Below are positions 28,995 to 40,877 of a stretch of DNA of 64,000 nt, piece after piece (positions within the stretch are counted from its first letter, which is position 1; each line of letters starts with the position of its first letter). Source of the stretch: Chrysomallon squamiferum. Its lineage: Eukaryota; Animalia; Mollusca. The DNA is taken from assembly GCA_012295275.1 (NCBI GenBank), contig CM022665.1, forward strand, positions 36,766,001-36,830,000, read 5' to 3'. Made by a program: the position numbers and the translations under genes. Below the pieces are notes generated by a model. That model was not told where the DNA came from, did not search any database, and saw nothing but the letters and a program-made list of their open reading frames with translations.

Positions 28995-29064
28995 AAAAAC
29001 TATTTAAAAAAAAAAAAAAAAAAAAATAAAAAAAAAGATATTAACAATTTTCAGGACTGTAAAT

Positions 29065-29338
29065 AAAGTATGTTTTGTTTAATGACATCGATAAAACACA
29101 GTGATTAATGTTTTGGTATCATAATTAGCTGGACAGCAAATATTTAGTGTGTTTTTCGTTGACATTTGGTCCTATATTTTTACATTAGCAAAAAGTGATT
29201 TTTTTAACACAGCCTGCATGTATACCCCAGTCTCGGATTTCTGGCTGTAGCAGCAAATACTACACCTGCCTCAAATAGGTGAATTGATCGTTCGATCCGT
29301 CAGCTCTCGGGTCTTCGCTACAAGTCTCAGCTGCAGCC
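29065..29338 (-). mobile_element. Decayed tRNA-derived SINE (probably the molluscan Meta/MESC-type family)
   Basis: The minus strand begins with a degenerate tRNA-like head (A-box-like 'cagctgagacttgtag', B-box-like region near 29281-29298) and ends in a 'gtcattaaacaaaacatacttt' tail. The segments are collinear with my recollection of an abundant gastropod SINE consensus. This is recall, not a database search. Confidence 0.5.
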
Positions 29339-29923
29339 TTTTTTCCTCAGTAGGAAAACGAGGAAAATTATTCCTAACGATACCTCATCACCCAATAACG
29401 TTTCTGCAACTAATAGGCGCCAAGAAGTCGTGGTTTGAAATTGGGAAATGTTTAACTTGAGAGACAGAGCTTTTGCGAAGCTTGTCCTTTTTATGCAGAC
29501 AATCCAGAGTATTAGAAGATCAGCTGAAAGATAAATTCGTGTTTTTTTTTTTTTTTTTTTGTTTTTTTTTCAGCAGCTGTAGGATCTAAGACAGGATCCT
29601 AATCCTTCAGATGTAATTTTATTTAAAAAAAAAAAAAAAAAAATTTAATATTTTATTTATTATAGTATATCATTAGATAAACTGAGCAACATGTGAAGTC
29701 ATTAATACGCTTGGCTAAGCGGTTTCGAATAACAACACAGCTTCTTTTATTTTAAGATTTGTTATGCAAGAACAGACACAAAAACTGGATCTGTATTTCA
29801 GTCAGATGTAGGTTGTAATAAAATAATTATGTCAAGCAACAGTACGCTGTGTTACGTCTTGCTAAAATGTTTAGTATGTAGTCGTTCTCTCGCTTTCTCT
29901 CTTGCTCAGGTACTCTTGCACTC

Positions 29924-29927
<4 letters not shown>

Positions 29928-30010
<83 letters not shown>
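29928..30010. repeat. (CT)n microsatellite
   Basis: Perfect run. Confidence 0.99.
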
Positions 30011-30014
<4 letters not shown>

Positions 30015-31201
30015 TTCGCTCTCTCTTTCTCTTGCTTTCATTCTTTATCTCCCTCTTTATAAATGTCTCAGTTTCCATCTCTCTTTCTCGTTCTCTCTCT
30101 TCTTTCTTTCACTTTCTCAAACACACAAAACTGTTTTGCATTTACAGCTATCCGAATATTCTGTTTAACAACAACAAACTAGAATGGACAGGCGCATAAC
30201 CAATACATAATAACACACACACATCTATTTTACATTTCGAAAATCATACCGTAATTACATCTACAAAAAAAAAAAAAAAAAAAAAAAGTTCCGATGCATT
30301 CATACTGCCGTGCAAAAGTCTACTCGCAAACGAGCATGCCCCGTTTGTCGTCGCCAAATATCTCCACAACTGTTTATTCCTCTCATTACGGGTCCAATCT
30401 GAACACAAGCAATGATCGAATTTCTTGTATGTCTGATCAGTTTGAGTTGAGTTACAGAGATTTAGCACGCCTCGCTTCATATTGAAAAATATCAAAGGAA
30501 GAAAAGCAACGCAAGTCGGCCTCCTTTAACAAAGCCTCGTTTGTGTTGCGTCGTGTTCGCTTACCTAAATGCCTCATTCCTCTGCAGAACAGAAACCCGA
30601 CTTGAAAGAAAATTATCTTTAGGTGGAGAGAAACACATGTTTACTAATTATGCTATTTCGGTGAAGTTCAAAGGATATATATGTATATATCTGATCGTTA
30701 CATGGGTCCTGTAATTTTTTTTTTTTTTTTTTTTTAAGTGATGTTTTTGTTTGTTTTGCAAGTCACTTATTTTTTCCCTGGTTTTAAATGAAGCGTCTTG
30801 AAGATATTCAAACTTTTCGTGCTGATCTAAATAATGAAAGATCGTGCGAAATTTAATGTTCCTCTGTGTTCATTTGAAATGAACTAAAATGTATTGTATC
30901 ATTCTTTTTATTGAAAAAATTAAAACAAATTTTTTCTGTAGTATTTTAATTATTAGGTTTTACAAATAAGAGACAAAAGGTGTTCTGGGATTGTTTTTCC
31001 TTTTATGGTTGGTTTTTATTCTGTTAACGTTGAGTTGGTCTTTTTTAAGGGTGGGATGATGTTTCGTTGTTGATTTGTGGGGGGCTCTTTATTTTTCTTC
31101 TTTTGTGTGTGTGTTGTTTGGTTGTTGTTGGGTTTTTGTTGTTGTTTTGTTTTTTTTGTTTTTGTTTTTTGGTTGTTGTTGGGTTGTTTTTTTTGATAAT
31201 T

Positions 31202-31232
<31 letters not shown>

Positions 31233-31259
31233 TTATGCTTATTATTGTTGTTGTTGTTG

Positions 31260-31306
<47 letters not shown>

Positions 31307-32339
31307 GACTGTAGTTCTTTTTTATAATTAATAGTACGTTTCATTTGTAGTATTTATTATCCTTGTCATAATAATAATATTAATAATAATAATAATAACA
31401 TCAACAACAAGAACAATAACAATGGCAACGATAACAATAATATAATTCATTCAAAACTACGCTGTGTCTATATACATTCACTAAATATTTGTTTTCCAGT
31501 TAGTTGAAAATAAAACCATTACATATCTGTGTAATTTGTTTGTGTGTGTGTGTGCGCGCGCGCGCGCATGTGCATGTTTTAACTGAAGGAACATAAGACC
31601 AGTACACTTTCATTCACAAAAGCCTTTTGAGTCGTGGAGCTCTGGCATGAACGGGAAAGAGACGTGCGTGAGAAATGCAGAACGTAACTCGGGACGTTGT
31701 GCTGTAATTATGACAAACTGAATAATTGCTGGTTACAAAACCAAATGTCACTTATTTTCGCTGGCCGTCTCGCTGTCGCAGGTTATCGAGATGGGCATTA
31801 CGCGTGTATTTTATTACAGCGTCTTGTAAATTGATGGCGTATTAATACACTTTTTCTTGCCGCGTATTAGACAAAAGCTTCCGCCAGCTCTTAAAACATC
31901 GCGTGTATCATTCCATTTGGCAGTGAATCATCTCGTTTCGCCGAAGTACCGGCTTATTCATCCTCAATATCTTACAACAACAGAGGAAACGAGCGATTCC
32001 TCTGTCGCAATCCATCTTTTAAAGACGTCTACAGCGCTTTCTTCCGGCATTTTAACAGTCCTTGCGGTACGTGCAAATTACAGCGAAAGTTGCGCATATC
32101 CGATGAATACGGTCTCTCGCCATATGCTACTATTCTGTGGAGACCGAGCACGTGCAACGTGATCTCATAATGGCGGCAATAGTCGCGAGGCTTTACGAGC
32201 GTTGATCACGCATGCACGAGATAGAGAAAACTGACAAGTCAGCACCGCTCTGAAGTCATAGAATACTTTATTGATCAACACTTGACTGTCACAGAAACTG
32301 GTTTATTGTTCATGACTGTATTAATCGAATTTAGCTTGG

Positions 32340-32402
<63 letters not shown>

Positions 32403-32790
32403 GTGGTTGTTCTTGTTTGTTATTTTTTGTTGTTATTGTTTTTTGGTGGGTTTTTTTTTTTTTAAGTCATATGAGAGAGAGAGACTTCGGCTAGTAGCTT
32501 GGTAAAACAAAAGAAATACATACTGGTATTAATAGTTTATTAGCGAGAGATGCAGACAATAAATTAGGTCACTGTTGTCTCGTGATTCATAATCTAGAAT
32601 CAGCTTAGTGGCGGAGTTCTTCGCTTTTCTCGTTCCACCCAGGATCCCCAACCTATTTATCAAACACTGTGTTCTTTGATTTTCATGTAAAAATTCACAT
32701 AAAAGATGCCTCGCTGTTAATCACTAGAAGAGATAAAACGTGTCCGCGGTTTTTCTCTTTCGTGTCGTCATTACACAAAAGTTATTACGT

Positions 32791-32804
32791 CTGACAGCTG
32801 TCAG
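32791..32804. promoter_or_regulatory. Perfect palindromic TALE-class (Meis/TGIF/PKNOX) dimer site
   Basis: CTGACAGCTGTCAG contains TGACAGCTGTCA, the known TALE dimer motif. Confidence 0.45.
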
Positions 32805-33273
32805 CCGTTAGTAATAAAAAGGTGTTGAAGTGTCATCCAGACACATGCATATATACATTGATTGTTGCTGATGTTCAAGAGGTGGAATATTCCCAGCTCA
32901 GAAATAATGAATTAATATTTGACGCCAATCCGAAATGGGTTTTTTTGTTTTTTTTTTATTATGTGTGTGTGTGTGTTAGCTGGGTTTATTGGGGATTATA
33001 TTATCCATGCGAATCCACAGAGAGAGTTCACGCCACAAGTTGCGGGATTTTTTTTTCATTTTTTGCTTTTCTTTCTTTTGTGTGTTTTAACTTATGAATT
33101 TGTTCATTTTGAAAATAGTAGATATATATATATATATATACCATAGTGATGACGCCATCTTTTTACAAAATTCTGGGTTCGCTGCTTATTTGCAAATCTT
33201 TGCTTTACTTCAGTTTTCTTTATTTTCATTTTAATTTTTATTTATTTTGTATATTTATTTATATTTATTCGTG

Positions 33274-33305
<32 letters not shown>

Positions 33306-34689
33306 TCTTTCTTTCTTTCTTTAAAACATTTACATCTGTGTCATGACTGTTTATACATGGCGGACCACCGTCCCATAGTACATCATATTTCCATCTCTTT
33401 TCTTGAAACCAGGCTTGAGCTAAATTTGGAAAACATTTTAGCTAAAAAAAGAAAGTAATAATAATAACAATAATTAAAAAAAAAGAAAAAACAAATGTAT
33501 TGCCAGACTTGTTGTCAGTTTATATCTATTACAAATCTATCACTCTACTTCGGGCTTACCTCTTCTGTGAAACAATGGCCGCTCTGGTCAAATTTGGAAT
33601 TATGTGTCTGAGACCATTTCATCAATTATACTCACCACGTCAGAGCCGCTTACCTTTGTTAATCTTAGCAATTAATCAAAGACAGCGTCCCACAGCAGTG
33701 TCATCGCGTCTACGTAACATTCATTTTAAAACATCTCGGGAAAGGAAGGGAAGAAACTCCGTCGATGATGATGATGATGATGATGATGTTGATGGTAAGG
33801 AAGAAGAAGAAGAAGATGATGATTATGATGATGATGATGATGTTAATAATAACAACATAACAGTTGTTGTAGTATTAATAGGAATATTAGTCTTAGCAGT
33901 ATTTGTTGTTGTTCTTGTTGTTGTAGAGGTAGTTGTGGTGGTGGTTGTAAATGTAGCAATGGTGATGAAGATGATGATGATGATGATGATGATGATAGCG
34001 TGCAAATTCGACAACAAAAAATGGTTTTTATGTAGAAAGCTTACGTAAAACATGCACGCACACACTCACACTGACACACACAGAATAGTAAGTTGCTAAA
34101 TGAGACATTAAAATGTCAGGGTAATTTTATTCCAATCTGACGTCAAAAATGTTTGAGTTAATCTTTTACGATTAGGGTATCTATATTTTTACATATCTCA
34201 CGTTCAGATGTGATAAGTACTATTCAATATTCTCGGCAAAAAAAAATCAAATAAATAATAATAATGACGATGATGACTATCGTTTAATTATCGTATATGC
34301 GATGTCATGATTATAAGACTACTGCTATAGTGCGCGCGTGTGTATGTGTGTGTATATGTGTGTGTATGTGTTTGTGTGTGGGGAGTGTGTGTGTATGTGT
34401 GTCGAGAGAATTACAGATTTACAGACAGGCAAACAGACCAATAAATTGATTATTATTATTAATATTATTATCGTTGTTGTTGTCGTTGTTATCGTTATTA
34501 TTAGGAGTAGCTGTGTTGTTATATTTGTTATTATTATTCTTGTTGATGTTACTGAACTGAATATTCTACAGTAGTACATTATTATTATTATTATTATTGT
34601 AGTTGTTGTTGTTCTTGTGTTTAGTAGTAGTAGCAGTATTTCTGTTATTGTTATTATAATTATTATTACTGTTGTTACTCTTATTATTG

Positions 34690-34755
<66 letters not shown>

Positions 34756-36409
34756 ATTAATGTTCCAAAAATTGTCATGGATACGTATTCATAAAAAAAA
34801 AAAAAAAAAAAAAAAAAGAATTTTATGTAATATGTTGTAATAAAATAGATAATAAAGTATTTTGTAAAATTATAGACAGAGGCCTAAATATAGGTTTCAT
34901 CGATCAACAACGTATTAAAAGTACTAGTTGTTATTGTAGTAGTAGTAGTACTAGTAGTAGCAGTAGTAGTAGTTGTAAAGGTACTACATATATACTTTCA
35001 TACATACATACAAACATACATATGTATTTTCAAAAATTTTAGCCTGTAAAAGTATTTATATAATTTATATACGAATTCATTCTATTCAAGTATTTGTTTT
35101 ACATTTTGTTCCCCGAGAGAAGAAACTCTAACTATAAAGACTGTTTTTTCTATTATTATTTGTGGATAAAAGGCTATCGGATGTTCTAACACCAAGTTAA
35201 CATTAGACTATTTTTTTTTTTTTTAAGAGCGGGCACTGGATGGCATTGCCCCTGGGTAGAGTGTCTTGTGTATTTGTAAAACAACCTGACTTTGTAGAAT
35301 CCTCACCAACCACGATGTAATTCGCGCCAAGAGGTCCTGGAAAGGTATACTTCTATTGTAAATATTTTAGAAAGACGGAAGGTAAATTACAAATTTACGT
35401 AATTGCAGAAAGGTAAAAGGAATTTGATAATTTATTCATCCCCACTTTAATGTATATACGTATTAAATTATGTGTATATGATATTAACTTGGTAGTGAAT
35501 GTTTTTTTAAATCTACAGAAAGGGTCTTCAATAGATTACCCTCTTTTTAATAGAAAACACGCACACGCACACGCACACGTACACACAAAATTAATAATGT
35601 GTTTCTCTTAATCTTTTACTTATTCGCTCTCTTTCTATTTCTCTCTCTGTCTTTCTCTTTATATCCATCTTTTTTAACACGATGAGGATTTTAAATGTCA
35701 TACTGGGAGTGTATTGTTGTTGGTGATGGTGTTTTTGTTGTCGTTTCCTTATGTTTCTTTCTTAGGTTTTTTTTTTTGTTTGTTTGTTTGTTTGTCTGTT
35801 TTTTTTCGTGCCTGTTTGGAGAGAAGTTAATATATATAAAACTTATATTAATATGTACTATTAATGAACTACATAAGCTTGAATTTCGTATTTTGTATGA
35901 AACTCGTTGACACTCGATCTTAGAACTGCAAATTCTCCCCAGTTTTAACAAAGAGAACCAGCTGGTTCCAAATACGACTCTTTTTTTTTTTTTTTTTTTT
36001 TTTTTTTATTTATTCTATACACAACTTAGTGCCAGTAACTTTTGAAAAGATTTAAAATTCAACGTGTCATTTAAATGTACATTGTATGTTAATTCAGTAT
36101 AAAATCTCCAGTTATAAAAAAAAAAAAAAACAAAAAACAGAGAAAAAAAAAGAGAAAAGATATTGACAGTGTCATAATTATGACCCAAAAAACGCACCCA
36201 AATTTTATTTCACAACGGAACATAATAATGACAAAAAAAGTGACATGTGATGCAAAAGTGTGCGTAAATAGTAACATAAAATTATTTTAATCATTATCAA
36301 GAAATGCACCGTGAAAACAGTGACACGTTTATTACGACACCTATCATTAAACTGTGATAGTGATTCACACAAAACGTTAAGGTGTGTTTACATGGAACGA
36401 TCTCTTGCA

Positions 36410-36970
36410 ACGAAAGTGATATGCGTTATCTGAACACGACGTGCGTTATTCTAAACATATGTGCATTATATGAATATGATGGGCGTCATTTGATAATGAC
36501 ATGCTTCATTTGATAATGATTTGCTTTAATGAAAATGGTATGAACCTTTTTTTTCATTTCATAATATGTTGCATAAACATGATATGCGTGATTTGATCGT
36601 GTTATGCATTCTTCGAACAGAATATGGGTTATTTCAAAATGGTATCCGTTATTTTAAAAGTTATATAAGTTTTTTAATAATGATATGCGTTTAACATGAT
36701 ATGCGTTATTTGAGCATGATTAGGATCATTTAAACAGAATACGCATTATACATTAGTTCATAAAGATTTGCGTTATTTGAAAACGGTAATCATTATCTTA
36801 ACGTTATTTGTTTGTGTTTTTTAATATTGATATGTATTATTTGAACTTGATTTGCTTTATTTGAATATGATATGCGTCATTTTATAATGATTTGCGTTAT
36901 TTGAAAATGGTATTCATTATCTTAACATGGTGTGCGTTATATTCGTTATTTGATAATGATATGCGTAATA
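36410..36970. repeat. Decayed minisatellite, about 20-21 bp unit (consensus approx. ATGATATGCGTTATTTGAAA)
   Basis: More than 20 diverged copies, e.g. 'atgatatgcgttatttgagc' at about 36697 and 'atgatttgcgttatttgaaa' at about 36887. Confidence 0.9.
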
Positions 36971-37916
36971 TCGGTTGTTATGACTATTTACACGAATCTC
37001 TGGTTTCTCTAATTATAACTGTTATATGAAATGACTTCCAAGATGTTTTGAATATTGATAGTACATCACACAATCGTTTCTGAGATCTTTGACGATGTCT
37101 CTGACATTAACTATTATATCTACATCAATATCAGTATTAATATATATATATTAAACACATAAACCGCACTTAAACTAGTAAACAGACTTTTTAAAACAAA
37201 TTTCCTCTATCTCCTGAAATAAAAAATTGGAGATAGCCAGACTCTTTTTAACTTCTCGTCAACTGCATTTAAATTTTATTCAGTATTTTTTACACTTCAG
37301 AGACAAAATATATTAACAGTGAAAGTACAATAGAAATTTCTATGGAAAATATTTATTCAATTTTTTCTCCTTCACTCAAATACCCGTTGTCAGTATATAT
37401 TTATATATATATATATATATCAGGACTGAACACAGAAGAACAGATAAAATGAACATTTATTACAATGAGAGACGTTTCTGTACTGAAAATATACAAATAT
37501 AAATACATTTAATACAGCTACAGAACAATTATGTAACATTTGCTTATCAAATATTTTTTTTCATTTTTACTCGTCTGTTTTATTTAGAATGTTTCAAAAT
37601 ACTGCGTGTTTGTTGTTGCTACATCTGGTTGTTTGTTAATATTTTTGTTTTGTGGAAGTTGTTTGTTACTGTTTTATTTTTATGGGTTTTGGTTGTTGTT
37701 TGTTGTTTGTTTTATGTTAGCTTTTGAGTTTTTGCTGTTATTCTTGCTCATTTGGGGTTTGTGTGGAGATCTTGTTATTGCAGTTTTGTTTATTTGTTTT
37801 CTGCTTAGTTTTTTTGTTGTTTTTCTTTTAATTGCTCGGGGTGTTGTTTAGGAGGAGTTGTTTGTTTTTGTTCTGTTTTGTTTTTTGTTTTTGTTTTTTC
37901 GCTGGTTTTTTTTTTT

Positions 37917-37954
<38 letters not shown>

Positions 37955-38754
37955 CACTTTTGTGACGATGGCATTTGTTTTTGCTTGGGTTTTTTTTTTT
38001 TTTTTAAACTTTTACTTTTGATTCCATGATTTTTAATGAGGAGATGAGATTTAATATACACCTCGCCACTTCGTTTTCACTTAACAGATTTCACAAACTC
38101 GTAGATTAACAGAAACTTCTGCACGAAAATATTTTAATGGAATTTGCCATGGCCCGCCAAAATAACGCAATGTAACAATAACCCTGCTTCAAAAAGTTAA
38201 AAACTGCAAATGCTGATATTTCGTTTTTATGTATGGAAAATGGAAATAAATTTTATAAAAAAGCAAAAAAAAAAAAAAAATTTAAACATACTCCAAATGA
38301 AAAAAAATGAAATAAACATGACAGGCGAAATTAATAGTTATGTTTTGTTCTGTAGTGAAAGTCTCGTAAAAACTCAACTTTTAACCCAGCCATCTAATAC
38401 TGGAAATAAATGTAACTTTGAAAGATGTATTTTCGATGTTAATTAACCTTATGTCTTAATTAGTTCGGATATAAATGTTACTGGTTATGTGTTTTATACT
38501 ATTCGGAATGTAAAAAAATATATAATAATAATAATAAAAAAATACTACATATAAAACGACATTACAACATGATACCAAACCATTAAAAATTATATTTAGT
38601 AAAATAATGCGATGATAAATTAATAACTGATAACGAAATAAATTTTGAATATTTAATATAAAACGTTATTAAAATATTTATAACATTGATTTCTAGCATT
38701 ACTGCTATGACCTACTCCATTCGTTAGTAACAAACATTTTGATTAGTTCAGTGG

Positions 38755-39005
38755 TGATTTGAATCACGCGATTTGATTGGTTCATTGGTTCATTGGGTTG
38801 TTATTATGTTTTCAGTATCGATCAAAGACTTCAAGTTTCTCGGATCGGTTCGTGCTACCGGCGAAGGCACACTTCTGTCTTTGAGAGTGAGGTGTGATCG
38901 TTGTTACGTCGGTAACTGTAACTATTGTTCTAGCACGCTGACCCAGCACATAGATCTCGCTGTGTTTTATACAACTGTCGGACTTGAAATTTTAAAATAT
39001 TTTGA
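38755..39005. mobile_element. Possible decayed interspersed repeat (non-autonomous element remnant)
   Basis: The segment 'tttcagtatcgatcaaagacttcaagtttctcggatcggttcgtgctaccggcgaaggcac' resembles, from memory, a gastropod interspersed repeat. No TIRs or TSD were identified. Unverified. Confidence 0.25.
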
Positions 39006-40403
39006 ATCAAATCAGAATATTTCCATTTATAATGTTTCTTACATCTAATCAGAATATTTCTTACCTCGTATGTTTCGGATATATATATGAATGACAAATC
39101 TGGTGTGATAACTCATTTTTATTTTTATTTTGTATTAATCCTTTTAAAAAGAGGTGCGTGAGTAAATGTGCGTCTGCGTGTGTGCGTGTGTGTGTGTGTG
39201 TGTGTGAATGAAATAAACTTATTTTTAAAGAGGAAGTGTATAAACTGAATGAATAAACGAATATGCATGAAAAAAAAAAAAAAGTTCTTTCTCTGAGATC
39301 ACTGCAAACGATAAGAAACTTAATATTTCGTCTGAAACCTGATTTTCACAATTAACGGGGATACCTACGTACACACAATTTATATAATTATACACGCCAC
39401 TGGTATCTCGAGCCCATTAAAACCGTTTATCTCTCCATAATCAACCACCAGCATATTATCATACCGTCATAGGCTCCCGCGTACACTACTTATATTTATT
39501 TAATACCTGGTTATCTACCACTCATTATCGCACGGTGTTGTGTAATAAGGTGATATTATATACTTAGCAGTTCCGACTTTCAAACAGCCACTAAAACCTT
39601 TCATCGGCCGCAGTTAAATCTCGCTATCCTTCAACGGGCCCTTGGCTGCTGAGCCACGGCGAGCAGACTGTATCTTTCAAATCTCACAGATTGCTTGTTA
39701 CTTTTGGCATCGAATTATCTGACACGAACGCTTGCCCCTTTGTTAAAACATGGATACACTTGTACGGTTGTAAGTGCTACTTCCTTAACGTCCCAGAGGG
39801 GCTAATTAAAACAGCGAATTCATTGACCAGAAAAATCAGCACTTGTGTTCCGTAAAAATCTCTTTTTTCTTCTTCGACCTTTTTTTTTTTTTTTTTTTTT
39901 TTTCCCGAGACAGATTTAAAAAAAAAAAAAAAAAAAAAAAATGAAGTGTTTTGGATGTCGTTTTTTTTTTTTTATTTATCATATGATGTGATAAAATCAC
40001 TGGTTTAGAAAATTTGTGTTTTGTTTTGTAATTTAATGGTGGCTTTTTTTTTTTTAGTTTATTGTCTGGTTGTTTTTAATTATTATTGTTATGACTATCG
40101 TCATCATCATCATAATTATTATTATTATAATCAGCATCGTCGTTATCGTCATCAATATTATTATTATTATTATCATCATCATCATCATCATCATCATCAT
40201 TATTATTATTATTATTATTATAGATTTTCTTAATCATTATTGAGAACGTTTGTTCGGGTCATGTGAAGTTCTTAGTTTTGTTTTATTCTTTTCTTTTTTC
40301 TATTGTTTTATTAATTGTGTCTATTTTTATTTCTCTAGTATTTTTTAACAAACATTTCAGTTTCTGGGTTGCCGAAAACAATGCTTTGTTGTTCTCTGTC
40401 TGT

Positions 40404-40877
<474 letters not shown>

